A stretch of 64,000 nt of DNA from a virus. Taxonomy: Duplodnaviria > Caudoviricetes. Under the pieces are notes generated by a model, which saw nothing but the letters and a program-made list of their open reading frames with translations, had not been told where the DNA came from and made no database searches. Within the stretch, counting starts at the first letter, position 1, and each line of letters opens with the position of its first letter. The stretch spans positions 2,199 through 66,198 of IMG/VR virus record IMGVR_UViG_3300026260_000002; one strand, 5' to 3'. Both the position numbers and the translations under genes were made by a program. Positions 15,567-26,201 of this stretch are shown here, in pieces.

Positions 15567-16756
15567 TAACCCCAGTCCTTTGCGACAGTAAAGTTAGCTC
15601 TGGAAAACTCCAGTCTATCAACAAGTTTGAGTGCTGCGCCATCTTTAATGGCAACAAATCCCTCAGGACTTGTAGCTCTCATTCCATTCTCATCTTCTAA
15701 GAATGTTCCCACACTCTTAATCTTCACAAGTTTATTTATAATCTGCACCTTAGCATCCATCAAAGATTTGAATCCTCTAAAGGCAGATAACATTTGTGTC
15801 TTGTTACTATTTAGATATTTCAAGTCTACTCTACGTCTGGATCTCCAATCGTTACGTGCCTTTGGTGTCTTCTTCTTCACAATCTCAGAGTCATACTTAC
15901 TCTTAACAAAAGCACCAAATCCTTTTGCCATACCCTCAGAAGTAGGGACAACACCGCCCCTGACTACCTGGTTGAAGTATACTTTAAACAAAGCAGGAAT
16001 ACTAAATGGTCCCTTACCAGATTGGACATCATTAAGGAATGATTGACCTCTTCTGAGGTCTCTCTCAGACCTTACAATGACCGCATTCAATGCATTCTTC
16101 TCAGTCTGTGAGAGATTTGCCATGCCATTTATATTCTGAAACTCAGAGGAGAATACTGCTACTTCCTTAACACCCTGTAGTCCTGATACATTGCACCCAA
16201 AACCAGCAGACATTGTTGATATAGTATTACCTTTATACTCTGTATGGAATACTATACCCAACTTACTACCACCAACCTTACTACCTAAGGCTGAATACTT
16301 AGGGATAGTATATGTAATAGTATTAGGTTTGAATCTATAATGGGGTTTCTGATCCTGGGATATTACTGATGGAGTAGACTGATACAGTAGGTCACCCTGC
16401 AAGACACCCTCTATAGGTAGCTTGGAGAGATAGACTAGACACTTCTTAAGTATATCTCCTACGGTAGACCCTGCATAATATTTGTCTGCATCGTTAGAAG
16501 AGTATACAATCTTAGGGTCAACCTTATTAAAGACACTCTTAGTACCAACGAAAAACTTACCAGTCTGAGGATTCCTACCACATATAATAGCAGGAGCACC
16601 GTCCCACTTGGTTGTAACCTTCACAGAACTACCACCAGAAGAATCTGACAGCATGTCACGTAGGGACTTCAGGAAGTTGACAGCATTAGTTGCACCAGCA
16701 TATCCTTGGTTGAATATGTCATCTTCTAAGTGCTCTAGGTGTGTGTTCTTTGCCAT
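15566..16756 (-). CDS. conserved phage protein with ligase-like KxDG motif
   Basis: THLEHLED, TTKWDGAP, LQGDLLY, PEGFV, ALKLVDR. Confidence 0.65.
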   Translation of the reverse strand: MAKNTHLEHLEDDIFNQGYAGATNAVNFLKSLRDMLSDSSGGSSVKVTTKWDGAPAIICGRNPQTGKFFVGTKSVFNKVDPKIVYSSNDADKYYAGSTVGDILKKCLVYLSKLPIEGVLQGDLLYQSTPSVISQDQKPHYRFKPNTITYTIPKYSALGSKVGGSKLGIVFHTEYKGNTISTMSAGFGCNVSGLQGVKEVAVFSSEFQNINGMANLSQTEKNALNAVIVRSERDLRRGQSFLNDVQSGKGPFSIPALFKVYFNQVVRGGVVPTSEGMAKGFGAFVKSKYDSEIVKKKTPKARNDWRSRRRVDLKYLNSNKTQMLSAFRGFKSLMDAKVQIINKLVKIKSVGTFLEDENGMRATSPEGFVAIKDGAALKLVDRLEFSRANFTVAKDWG

Positions 16757-16762
16757 GTCTGT

Positions 16763-16771
16763 ATTATAACA
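16763..16771 (-). promoter_or_regulatory. extended -10 promoter
   Basis: TGTTATAAT a few nt upstream of the ATG at 16756. Confidence 0.55.
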
Positions 16772-16817
16772 GTGTTTAGGGGGTAGTGGGGTGGTGAGTG
16801 GACACTAATCCAACTGG

Positions 16818-18410
16818 TTAGTATAGTTTATAGTAAGTGGAAGACTTCTCAGTCTGTGAAGATGCATATAGATACATTTCTTTGCATGCTCTGTTTCTTT
16901 CCGTAACACTTTGTATCTTACATATCCAATCTAACAGTCTAAGTCCTGCTAGTTTACTGTACCTCCAAGATGTATCCTTCGTAGATATCTCCATCAACAT
17001 ACTTTCCTTGGCAGTAGGTGAACCATCCCAATCTCTTGCTGAACAATACTTCTTTAATAAAGTATAAATCTCTTCACTAATTTTAGCCTGTGCCTGGGAC
17101 ATCTTCTTGCCTTTTTGTTTAGCATAGAAGTTTTGTGCCTCCATATCAGTTGACTCTTTACATTCGGTACTAAAGTTTGGTTCCTGAGGGACTGCTGGGA
17201 AACCCCCAGCATCAGTTAAGAGATCTCTCATAACCTTACCTTGTATCTTACCTTGTGCTGCATACTCACCTTTCAATTCTAACTTCCAGTCACCAGCACT
17301 CTGTCCTGCAAAGTTTCTACACTGAAAACTATCCTTTTGTTTAGATGCATTAGGACTCATCAGAATGTATACATCCATAGCAGAGAAAGCAGTCAACTCA
17401 TTAAGTGTCTTCGTCTTTTGAAAAGATATATTCTGTGCCTTCTGCATCTGATTAAGACCAGGTGCATTCATTATAGTAAAGTTAACATTGGGACCAAGTT
17501 TCTTCAGTGATATACCAATGAGAGACTTAGGAGTAACATTCTTACCAGATTTATTAGGCCAACCTTTATCTGAAAATGCTAGAGCAATATAATTATTCAA
17601 ACAATCAATTGTATTCTCTTTGTCTAAGAGTTGTGTAATCTCAGACTTCTTATTCTTTTGTACCATCCATATATCAGAAGGGTTCCACTTGTCTTCGTTT
17701 GCTAGTCCAGATTTCTTCTTAACTCTAGCAAATGCTCTCTTAATTGAACCATCATCTATACTACTATCTCCTCTAACATATACCCAGTTGGATCCCTGAA
17801 CCTCCGCAGCAATCTTATTGGCACCCTTTATACATGACTCCTTCCAACTCGCATCTAATCCCATTATCTCCTCAACTGTAACCTTACCAGCACAGTCAAC
17901 CTGTTTTAACCCTTTAATATAATCATCCTCATCTATACATCCATCTGACCTTGAAGGATGACACTCAAGGGCTGTGCCCTTATCATATCTCATTGCAAGA
18001 AACGTTGCTAGAGCAGTCTCTTGTACAGTAGTTGCAGCACTACCACCACCAGACCCACCACTATTGATTGGTTTAATTGCAATCCTAATTACTTCAGTTG
18101 GATTCTCTCTTACTATAACATCTAACGTTTCCTTATCAGGTTTAGATTTGGTACCTAAAGTAACGTCAACGATATCAAGTTGACCCTTATCAGCCTGCTC
18201 CCCCAAATAATCAGCAACCTGATCTCTAACTCTAAGTCTCTTACCAGATTCAACATGCACCTTACACGATATTTTAATCCTCTTAGTTGAATCACCATCC
18301 TGTTGCTCAAACTTAGATATAGGTATCACATCATTGTCAGTTGCGTTTGCGAACGCATCTAGCACAGCACGAAACTGATCTTCATTCTCCTGAAGAATTG
18401 TAATAGCCAT
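16818..18410 (-). CDS. putative PD-(D/E)xK-like endonuclease
   Basis: TTVQE, KWNPSDIW, LIGISLKK; visibly AT-richer than flanks. Confidence 0.5.
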   Translation of the reverse strand: MAITILQENEDQFRAVLDAFANATDNDVIPISKFEQQDGDSTKRIKISCKVHVESGKRLRVRDQVADYLGEQADKGQLDIVDVTLGTKSKPDKETLDVIVRENPTEVIRIAIKPINSGGSGGGSAATTVQETALATFLAMRYDKGTALECHPSRSDGCIDEDDYIKGLKQVDCAGKVTVEEIMGLDASWKESCIKGANKIAAEVQGSNWVYVRGDSSIDDGSIKRAFARVKKKSGLANEDKWNPSDIWMVQKNKKSEITQLLDKENTIDCLNNYIALAFSDKGWPNKSGKNVTPKSLIGISLKKLGPNVNFTIMNAPGLNQMQKAQNISFQKTKTLNELTAFSAMDVYILMSPNASKQKDSFQCRNFAGQSAGDWKLELKGEYAAQGKIQGKVMRDLLTDAGGFPAVPQEPNFSTECKESTDMEAQNFYAKQKGKKMSQAQAKISEEIYTLLKKYCSARDWDGSPTAKESMLMEISTKDTSWRYSKLAGLRLLDWICKIQSVTERNRACKEMYLYASSQTEKSSTYYKLY

Positions 18411-18435
18411 AAAAAAGAGGGTATCTCTACCCTCT
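18411..18435 (-). terminator. intrinsic terminator downstream of mazG
   Basis: AGAGGGTA-GAGA-TACCCTCT-TTTTT abutting the next ATG; ATAAATA at 18435-18441. Confidence 0.75.
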
Positions 18436-18463
18436 ATTTATTCCTTTGTAATGGTGTAGGAGG

Positions 18464-19126
18464 TTAGATGTCACCAGGAGCACGGTTTTCACTGTAGTGA
18501 GGATCAAACATACCCTCAGGGTAACGTGCTGCCAGTTTCAGAGTGTTGATGTAGATGATCTCATCAAGACGCATGTCCAGTGCCATAGCAGCATTGGCAA
18601 TATACCACATGATATCACCCAACTCTTTCTGCAGGTGCTCCTTGTTAGCAGTGTCCCATGGCTTCGCTTGGAATTTGATCTTCTTAACGATCTCCATAAA
18701 CTCACCACCCTCTGCACAGATACCTGCTGCAGCAGTGTCTAGACGCTCGATGTTACAACCTGCTTGATGCAACTCAGTCAGACGTTCGATGTAAGAAACA
18801 TAATCTTTACTAGCAGAAGAGGTAACACGATCTACAAACTCACAATAGCGATCAAGATCCACTTCAAACTTTTGCTTGGCACCCGCAGTTGATGCATCTG
18901 CCGCAGCTGCCTTTTTCTCCTTCGCTTTTTTTTTAGTTTTTGGTGCCACAACATCAGGGTTGTTGAGCATCTCCTCAGGAGTCTTGGGAGTAGAGTCTGC
19001 GACTTCTTGAGCGCGTTGCTTCTCCTCTTCAATCTTCTCTTGGGCATCACCAGAGATTTTTTCTGTCTGTTGCTCCAATTCATAATTAGGCTCACCTTGA
19101 TTGGTAAACTTGTTAGGGTCACTCAT
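18464..19126 (-). CDS. mazG: MazG nucleotide pyrophosphohydrolase with N-terminal extension
   Basis: AEGGEFMEIVKK, KELGDIMWY, KLAARYP. Confidence 0.9.
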   Translation of the reverse strand: MSDPNKFTNQGEPNYELEQQTEKISGDAQEKIEEEKQRAQEVADSTPKTPEEMLNNPDVVAPKTKKKAKEKKAAAADASTAGAKQKFEVDLDRYCEFVDRVTSSASKDYVSYIERLTELHQAGCNIERLDTAAAGICAEGGEFMEIVKKIKFQAKPWDTANKEHLQKELGDIMWYIANAAMALDMRLDEIIYINTLKLAARYPEGMFDPHYSENRAPGDI

Positions 19127-20499
19127 ACTTTGAATCCGTCAAAACTTTTTTTAGTGTCGGTGAATGCGTCATCACTGATGTCACCAGCATCAATGATGTT
19201 GTCCTGAGCGGACTGATCACAATCATACAGCCTCATCTTCGCCCTGTCAATCCCTACAACAAATCGCTTGTATACTGTGGGATCATTGTATCGATTTTTA
19301 AGTTGCTTGACCATGATCTGACCAAGTTGCTCCATCTCTTCTGTGGATATAAGCGCGACCATAAGGTCAGCAGTAGCAGGCAGTCCAAAAGACTCGCTGG
19401 TATCAGTAATATCCACATCAGAGTTTCCATATCCGCTTCTCGTAGTTTGGGTAGCAGAGACAATAGGGACATTCAACTTTCCAGCGAGTCCTCTCAATTC
19501 CTCTGCGATAGACTTAACATATGTATAGGAATTTACAATGGTCCCTTTGTATCGTGAGGATGCACAGATATTAAGGTAGTCAACAAATACAATGTCAGGA
19601 TGGAAACCTTTCTTGAGTGACAACTCATTCAAGAGTGCTTCAAAGTGTCCCACATGTGCAGACGCTGTGGGATACTCTTTAATAACTAAGCGACCTTGTG
19701 TTTTCTTCTTAAGAGAGTCCACCTTCTTGATGTATCTCTCTTTAGTAAACATCGGATCACTCAATTGTTGGATCGGGATATCCAGGAGGTTGGCATCAAT
19801 TCGCTCAGCAATCTTCTCCTCTGCCATTTCAAGTGTAATGTAGAGTACGTTCCTCCCCTGCAGGAGACTGGCACTAGCGCAGTGGCACATGAATAGAGAC
19901 TTCCCGACGCCTGTACCAGCAAGTGCGATGTTGAGAGTCTTATTAGGCAACCCACCTTTTGTAATTTTGTTAAAATAGTCGATGTCAAAGGGAATCTTCT
20001 CCTCTTTCCTGTGGTAAAAATCGTAACGGTCTGCTGCATCAGAGATGTAATCGTGACCCACATGATCATCAAAACAGACGCCCAATGCCTCAGACATAAT
20101 GCTGGGTATGGCGTCCTTTGTCCTAGTCTTATCTTGCCCATCAGCAATCTGAACCGACTCCATGAGAGCAAGGTAGACTGCACGCTCTTTACACCACTTC
20201 TCAGTGGTCTCCATCAACCATTCATCATTGTAAGAATCACGATCTAAGTTATCAAGGAAGGTTTCAATCTCCTTGTAAGTATCCTCCGTGATGTCACGTC
20301 GGTTTTCAATCTCAATCTTCAGAGCATTGGGCTCTGGATTGATGTCATACTCACTGATGTATTCCTGAATCGTCTGAAACAACAGACGGTTAGTAAACAT
20401 ATCGAAGTATTCATCCTTAATGAAAGGCAAAACCTTTCTACAGTAATCTTCCTCAAGGATAAGTTTACTGAGTGCAATTTCTTCGATCTTTAGGCTCAT
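19123..20499 (-). CDS. gp41: replicative DNA helicase
   Basis: AGTGVGKS Walker A, ITLEM, VDYLN, SESFGLPATAD, KQLKNRY. Confidence 0.97.
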   Translation of the reverse strand: MSLKIEEIALSKLILEEDYCRKVLPFIKDEYFDMFTNRLLFQTIQEYISEYDINPEPNALKIEIENRRDITEDTYKEIETFLDNLDRDSYNDEWLMETTEKWCKERAVYLALMESVQIADGQDKTRTKDAIPSIMSEALGVCFDDHVGHDYISDAADRYDFYHRKEEKIPFDIDYFNKITKGGLPNKTLNIALAGTGVGKSLFMCHCASASLLQGRNVLYITLEMAEEKIAERIDANLLDIPIQQLSDPMFTKERYIKKVDSLKKKTQGRLVIKEYPTASAHVGHFEALLNELSLKKGFHPDIVFVDYLNICASSRYKGTIVNSYTYVKSIAEELRGLAGKLNVPIVSATQTTRSGYGNSDVDITDTSESFGLPATADLMVALISTEEMEQLGQIMVKQLKNRYNDPTVYKRFVVGIDRAKMRLYDCDQSAQDNIIDAGDISDDAFTDTKKSFDGFKV

Positions 20500-21056
20500 T
20501 GATAATGTAGATAGGTGGTCAATTCATACTTGTCATTACTGATAGGAGCGTTGTCCGAGTAAGGAAACGTCCATCCAGGTGGATATAATACCACATCACC
20601 TTGCTGTGGTTTAATTTTGAGTCCAACTTGAGGAAATTCCATCTCGCCTCCCTCCTCAACATCGTTAAGGAATAATTTGTATGCTAGGAATCTCTTAGCA
20701 GAGTCGGCATCACCAACGTCAATGTGGAGACCGAAGTTATCTCCAGTATCAACATTGTATTTATTCAATTTGATTTGCTCAAGATTATTTTTGGATGCCC
20801 AGAATCTCTCGCAGTCTAATTCCTTCATATATTCATGTGCAGACCACTGAATGATGGGTACAATCTGTTGTTGGATTGCATTCCACTCGTGGTCTCCCTG
20901 GTCTGCTAGGTAGGAAACATTGATGATGTCATATTTTGGGACACCATCATCCCACCTCATCACCTGTGTGCAACTCTTTGCATTGTTGATAGCATTGCGG
21001 CATACGTTTGGATCGAGTGCCTTAGGATAGATTTTAATCCATTCCTTATGCTCCAT
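20496..21056 (-). CDS. 2OG-Fe(II) oxygenase-like, distal His apparently missing
   Basis: LHID...[11 protein letters not shown]...[12 protein letters not shown]. Confidence 0.75.
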   Translation of the reverse strand: MEHKEWIKIYPKALDPNVCRNAINNAKSCTQVMRWDDGVPKYDIINVSYLADQGDHEWNAIQQQIVPIIQWSAHEYMKELDCERFWASKNNLEQIKLNKYNVDTGDNFGLHIDVGDADSAKRFLAYKLFLNDVEEGGEMEFPQVGLKIKPQQGDVVLYPPGWTFPYSDNAPISNDKYELTTYLHYQ

Positions 21057-22059
21057 AGGAAAACTCCTGCTCTGCTGCTTTGTCAAGTTTAACCATCACT
21101 TCAGGAGTGAAGTATTTTTCAGGATCAGAAAGAATAGACTTAGGATAAACAGAAGATTCACCAAACTTGATACGATTACCGACCCGTTGGAAGACTCCAT
21201 ACTTCTCACCCAATTCCAGTAGTCCGAAATAGCGGTCAAGTCCACGCTCGTCGTAGTAAAGACGGGTTTCAACAACAGCATTCTCCTTACTCAGACGCGA
21301 CTTAGCAGTCTTAGCTTTGATAATGTTTCCAATGACTTCCTTGCCATCCTTCTCTTTTTTCTTTGAGAGATAGATGATTGTAGATGCAGCATACTTGAGT
21401 CCACTGCCTCCACCCATTTCCTTTGTAGGAACGTAAGATCCAATAACATCGTAAGTGTGGTTAGTAACGATCATGGGCACGTTTGCTTTACCCAGTTTGA
21501 GAGTGAGCACACGGAAGATAGACTTAACTACCTGCGCTCGTGACATATCGCGAGTCTCTTTACCCGCCTCGGTGTCCTCAATCTCCTTAGAGGTTGAGAG
21601 CATCCCTAGTGAGTCTAACACAAACATCATGGGTTGGCGAGACTCTTCAGGCATCTGTAGATACTTATCAATAATCTTAATTGCCTGCTGCCTAAACTCC
21701 TGCACTGTTGTAACAGGGACAATGACCATACGATTTGAATCAATCTTACGAGATTCGATCATGCTTTTACTGATGGCAGACTCAGATTCAAAATAGATTA
21801 CACCTGCATCAGGATCCATGTCAAGAAAATGCTTAACAATTCCAAGACAGTAGAAAGTCTTACCAGTTGAAGACTCACCTGCTAGAGCAGTAATTTTATT
21901 AGATGGGATTCCACCATAGATCGATCCAGATACCAGTCCATTGAAAATATAACTGCCAGTATCGATATAGGAGGTGGTATCACCTGCTGCAACTCCGTCT
22001 GAAACCAGACCAGCGTATTCATTATCGATCTCCTTTACGATATCGGAAAGAAAATTCAC
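21046..22059 (-). CDS. uvsX: RecA-like recombinase
   Basis: [28 protein letters not shown]; GTG start overlapping the gp43 stop. Confidence 0.95.
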   Translation of the reverse strand: MNFLSDIVKEIDNEYAGLVSDGVAAGDTTSYIDTGSYIFNGLVSGSIYGGIPSNKITALAGESSTGKTFYCLGIVKHFLDMDPDAGVIYFESESAISKSMIESRKIDSNRMVIVPVTTVQEFRQQAIKIIDKYLQMPEESRQPMMFVLDSLGMLSTSKEIEDTEAGKETRDMSRAQVVKSIFRVLTLKLGKANVPMIVTNHTYDVIGSYVPTKEMGGGSGLKYAASTIIYLSKKKEKDGKEVIGNIIKAKTAKSRLSKENAVVETRLYYDERGLDRYFGLLELGEKYGVFQRVGNRIKFGESSVYPKSILSDPEKYFTPEVMVKLDKAAEQEFSYGA

Positions 22060-24551
22060 GACCACAATGCCTCCAGGGTGTTTATTTTTTCGGGTTTCCA
22101 ACCAATGGTGTCTAGGATTACAGTCAAAGGGTCAAGAAACGACTTCTTAAATTGTAAGTCATAGTCTATGCTTTTGTCAAGTCCAAACTCGGTTGGAAGA
22201 GTCTGGAAGAATGAGATCACATTCTCGTTGATCTTGTTTGGTGTCCTCAGCATCACATATTTAATCTTCTCACCCTCTTGAATGATGGGATATTTGTGTG
22301 AGAGTTTTCTCTTCTTAATATAGAAGTTATACAGCAGTGCTCCTCGCACATGCATGGGACATCCCTTGCCATAGATGGTAGCAGGTGACGAATTCTTTGC
22401 CACGTTGTTACATCCACGGGGGAATGCGATCTCTTCTACAGGCATCGCTTCAAACTTCTGACGGAAGTCTGCAATAAACTTTTGCAATTCTTCCTCTGTC
22501 CCATTCATAATTACCTTTAGAGCGTCCTTAATGGCGGTCCTACATGGTGCTGGTGTGGAAGATTTGACTGCCTCAATGCCGTTGATCTTTAGTTTAGGAG
22601 TCTTGTAACGGACACCCTCACTATCAAATACATTGAGGATGTATCGTTTCTTTGCTGTCCAGATGCCACGGTTAGCGATATTCTCTCGCTTCATAAACAT
22701 CTTCTGGTCATATGCATTTACATAGGTTGCCAACGCTTCATAAGAATTTCCAATATACTTCTCAAATTCCACTTCACACACCTTGTTAAGGAACCTAACA
22801 ATACTATCATCGCTCTTCTCTCTGCCCTTGAATACCTTGTCAACAAAAGGACCCAGATTGAGATAGATGGAATCAGTATCAGCAGCAATAACGTAGTCAA
22901 CATTAGTCGTCCTCAAAATTTTATTAAGGTAAGCATTCATTTTGTTTTGAATCCATCGGATGCTTACCTGTCCCGATAGAGTAATCGCCTCAGCATTAGC
23001 CAAGTTGTAATATCTAAAGTATTGATTTCCAATGGCACCATAAGCCGAATTGAGTTGGATCTTTCGAGCCATTTGGATGTTATTGAATTTACTAATATCT
23101 CTTTGTAGTTTGGCACTTGGGTGAATTTCATTATCCCCCTTCGCTTTAAGCATGGCCTTCTTATAAATCGTTCGCTCATCATAAATCTTCTGCATCATTT
23201 GAGGAAGGAAACCTAGTATGTCCTTACGATACTGAGCACCGTTAGCACATACACAACCGTCTCCATCGAAGACTACTTCTTGATTAAGTATTCGATCAAC
23301 AGTAACCGTTGGGTGTCTTTCGTCCAAAAGTGTCTCGGGTGAGATGTTGTACTGCATGATAAGATGAGGGTAGAGAGAGTTAAGGTCAAAAGACACAACC
23401 CAATCATAGCTTCCAGGAATCGGTTCTTTGACATATGCCCCCGCATACTTGTCGTCCTTCTTAGTAGTTAGGCGAGGTGGCACCACAATGTTACGACCCT
23501 TAAGATCATTGTAGATCAAAGTGTCCCACATGCGGACCTGAGAATATACATCCTCAAGGTTTACCTTAGCGTCATACGCCATAGTAACTGCCAACTCGAT
23601 TAACTTCATCTTATCTTCCAGACTGTCAACGAGATTAACGTCATGGATGTTGTATTCCACGAAGCGTTGCCAGTCAGACGTATAGAAATCCTTGAAGTTT
23701 TCAAACTCAGAGTGGTCCAACTTCTTATCACCCAACTCGACCATAGCGATATGGTCTAGGCGATAGGATTCCTGGTTAGTATAAGTGAATTTCTTATAGA
23801 GATCGAGATAATCAAGGATCGCTACACCAGTTATTTCATACGCTATATTGGTGCGTCCCATCATCTTAATCTCTCTGTCAATCACCCTATTCCAAGGGGA
23901 CAAAGACTTCTTCCACTTCTCACCTAGCACCCGCTCGATACGACGACAGATATAAGGAATGTCATACAGGTTGTTATTCCATCCAGTAATGATATCAGGG
24001 GTATTCTGATTCCACCATGAGTGAAAGTCCTGTAGCATCTCCTTCTCTGTCCAGAAGACACGGTATTCAATATCCTTAGGAGTTACAAACTCTCGGGTGC
24101 CCCAAGTGATTGTCTCTTTGGTATTGAAGTTCTTCATCGTAATGCACAGCATCTCCTCAGCAGATGCTAGCACGTCTGGGAATCCATTCTCACAGGCAAC
24201 CTCAATATCAATGGTCCAGATTTTCATCTGGGACATGTCATAATCAATCTCACCTTTCCATTTTTGAGCGATGTGTTGGTAAACAAACCGCTCATATCCA
24301 TGGACTTCCAGACCCGATGCGCCCTCATACTGTTTGATAAACCCCCGTGCTTCACGGGCACCATCAAACTGTTTAGGGAAAGCATAACGACCATCTAGTG
24401 TCTTAAACTTACTCGTCTTCTGCTGTGCCTGAGGCACTAGAAAAAGAGTAGGGCGAGACTTCTCCCGATACTGCACAGGGGATCCCTGCTCGTAACCTCG
24501 GATGAGAACGTCATCGCCCAGTAGACAGACACTGGTGTAAAAATCACTCAT
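22056..24551 (-). CDS. gp43: family B DNA polymerase
   Basis: DIEV exonuclease, [22 protein letters not shown]. Confidence 0.97.
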   Translation of the reverse strand: MSDFYTSVCLLGDDVLIRGYEQGSPVQYREKSRPTLFLVPQAQQKTSKFKTLDGRYAFPKQFDGAREARGFIKQYEGASGLEVHGYERFVYQHIAQKWKGEIDYDMSQMKIWTIDIEVACENGFPDVLASAEEMLCITMKNFNTKETITWGTREFVTPKDIEYRVFWTEKEMLQDFHSWWNQNTPDIITGWNNNLYDIPYICRRIERVLGEKWKKSLSPWNRVIDREIKMMGRTNIAYEITGVAILDYLDLYKKFTYTNQESYRLDHIAMVELGDKKLDHSEFENFKDFYTSDWQRFVEYNIHDVNLVDSLEDKMKLIELAVTMAYDAKVNLEDVYSQVRMWDTLIYNDLKGRNIVVPPRLTTKKDDKYAGAYVKEPIPGSYDWVVSFDLNSLYPHLIMQYNISPETLLDERHPTVTVDRILNQEVVFDGDGCVCANGAQYRKDILGFLPQMMQKIYDERTIYKKAMLKAKGDNEIHPSAKLQRDISKFNNIQMARKIQLNSAYGAIGNQYFRYYNLANAEAITLSGQVSIRWIQNKMNAYLNKILRTTNVDYVIAADTDSIYLNLGPFVDKVFKGREKSDDSIVRFLNKVCEVEFEKYIGNSYEALATYVNAYDQKMFMKRENIANRGIWTAKKRYILNVFDSEGVRYKTPKLKINGIEAVKSSTPAPCRTAIKDALKVIMNGTEEELQKFIADFRQKFEAMPVEEIAFPRGCNNVAKNSSPATIYGKGCPMHVRGALLYNFYIKKRKLSHKYPIIQEGEKIKYVMLRTPNKINENVISFFQTLPTEFGLDKSIDYDLQFKKSFLDPLTVILDTIGWKPEKINTLEALWS

Positions 24552-24789
24552 TAACTGCTTTCTGGTATGCTGCCAGCACTACGGGTGCAGGATCCAGTAT
24601 AGACATAATATCGGTGGATGTCAAGAAGATAAATCGTTGGTCGGTGTGGAGAGGATACACTTGCACAGTGCCATCCACCTGAATCACATGCGAGTCTTCC
24701 AACAGGAGACTAGGTTCTTCGTCCAGCTCAGTAAGTTTACCAATGAGGTAAGTGTCTGGATTGTTTTTTAGAATTAAAACTTTAATCAT
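24544..24789 (-). CDS. hypothetical protein (Sm-like family candidate)
   Basis: MIKVLILKN...YLIGKL; short beta-rich ORF. Confidence 0.65.
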   Translation of the reverse strand: MIKVLILKNNPDTYLIGKLTELDEEPSLLLEDSHVIQVDGTVQVYPLHTDQRFIFLTSTDIMSILDPAPVVLAAYQKAVNE

Positions 24790-25178
24790 AGGTCTCTTGC
24801 AGTGGCATCTTGCTCATCAAAGTATACGCTCATACCAGCAGGTTTGTGCGACTTAAGTATAGCCTTGTAACTCTCAACCACGTTTTCGTGAGGGTCACCA
24901 AGACTCACAACTGACACTACAGATACGATGTTGCTACCTACAGTCAGTGGAGACCATGGAAACAATTTGATCTGCACATCAGCGAGGTCCATCTCGTCAG
25001 GGACAGTCTCCTCCCCCTGAAAATCAAACATCTTGTCTGCAGGTTGCTCAATCACCACTGAATAGGGTTGATTAAACTGATATGCGAGAGGCAGAGTGTG
25101 GTCTTCGGACGCTCTGACTTCTCTAATGTCAGCGATTACGTCCTCGCCGCTTTGCATTCTTGCGATTTTTACGCTCAT
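24786..25178 (-). CDS. hypothetical protein (Sm-like family candidate)
   Basis: VKIARMQSGEDVIADI. Confidence 0.7.
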   Translation of the reverse strand: MSVKIARMQSGEDVIADIREVRASEDHTLPLAYQFNQPYSVVIEQPADKMFDFQGEETVPDEMDLADVQIKLFPWSPLTVGSNIVSVVSVVSLGDPHENVVESYKAILKSHKPAGMSVYFDEQDATARDL

Positions 25179-25386
25179 AATCTTTTTCCATTAGTTGTTC
25201 GTAAGTGCCTTGCACCATGTCTTGAAAGGCACGGTGTGCTGAGATGTTTTTCTCTTCCGAAAGGACATGGACATACTGCATAAGCGAGTCCATCAGATCA
25301 GGTGGCACGTCAAGAGTAAGGGTTTCACTCTTCTCTGTGTATGCTGGACACAGGTTAACATACATATTCATTAAAATCAACTCCAA
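25129..25386 (-). CDS. hypothetical protein
   Basis: ORF after terminator; start uncertain. Confidence 0.5.
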   Translation of the reverse strand: MELILMNMYVNLCPAYTEKSETLTLDVPPDLMDSLMQYVHVLSEEKNISAHRAFQDMVQGTYEQLMEKDYERKNRKNAKRRGRNR

Positions 25387-25387
25387 A

Positions 25388-25416
25388 CAAAAAGAGACCC
25401 CACAAGGGTGGTCTCT
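25388..25416 (-). terminator. intrinsic terminator
   Basis: AGAGACC...GGTCTCT followed by TTTT. Confidence 0.75.
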
Positions 25417-25439
25417 TCAGTTGCACATTATATATGCCA

Positions 25440-25649
25440 CTAACGGCTGTATCTTTTGCAAATCTCTTTGTTTTGATCTGAAGACTTACACCATTGTCTG
25501 ACGTAAGTATCTGCATCCTGAGTCATGTAAAAATGTGCATTGTTGTGGATCACTCCAATAAAAATCATAGTGCCCATAACCAGAATGTTAATGTGGGTCA
25601 CTGGGTGCGTCACTGCCACCTTGAGGTACTGTAGTATCTTGGATTTCAT
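25440..25649 (-). CDS. hypothetical membrane protein
   Basis: hydrophobic INILVMGTMIFIGVI segment. Confidence 0.6.
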   Translation of the reverse strand: MKSKILQYLKVAVTHPVTHINILVMGTMIFIGVIHNNAHFYMTQDADTYVRQWCKSSDQNKEICKRYSR

Positions 25650-26076
25650 AAACCTTCAGTTTCTGGTGGTCAGGAATAATCTTCTGCAATTCTACCATAA
25701 GCATACCATTTGTGAATCTGACTGTGCCAACTTCCAAATCGTCAGACAGATTGAAACCTCGTGCGAAAGACCGAGATGCCACACCTCTGTGGGCATACTC
25801 CTCCTCGTGTGCCTTCGCCGACTTTGACTTGACGATCAGGACATTGCTCTCAGTATTTACCTCAATGTCTTCTGGTGACCATCCAGCTAGTGCCACTTCT
25901 ATCCTCCACTTAACGTTTGATTCCTTGACGATATTGTATGGAGGATAATGACCGCCTGGTGATCCTACTCCGTAGGAATGCAAGCGATGAAATAGGTCGT
26001 CAAAACCTACTGAAAATCTTTGAGACGCATCAAAAATAGCGTCAATGTCTTTCGACGTAAACTTAGTAATGTCCAT
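25588..26076 (-). CDS. hsp20: small heat-shock protein
   Basis: YPPYNI, EVALAGW, HRGVASRSFAR.F.L, NGML. Confidence 0.93.
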   Translation of the reverse strand: MDITKFTSKDIDAIFDASQRFSVGFDDLFHRLHSYGVGSPGGHYPPYNIVKESNVKWRIEVALAGWSPEDIEVNTESNVLIVKSKSAKAHEEEYAHRGVASRSFARGFNLSDDLEVGTVRFTNGMLMVELQKIIPDHQKLKVYEIQDTTVPQGGSDAPSDPH

Positions 26077-26135
26077 AGCTCCTTATAAAGCGAGTTTGTA
26101 TTGTGTGATCCCCGAAGGCAATCACAGTTATTTAT
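26077..26135 (-). promoter_or_regulatory. hsp20 leader: late promoter, UUCG hairpin, SD-pairing hairpin
   Basis: ATAAATA; TGTGATTGCC-TTCG-GGGATCACA; CTCGCTT-TAT-AAGGAG. Confidence 0.5.
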
Positions 26136-26201
26136 CTAATTCGACCAAACGGTTTACCGTAAACATACTTACTTGTCTAAATAAATTAGATCTTTATTTC
26201 G

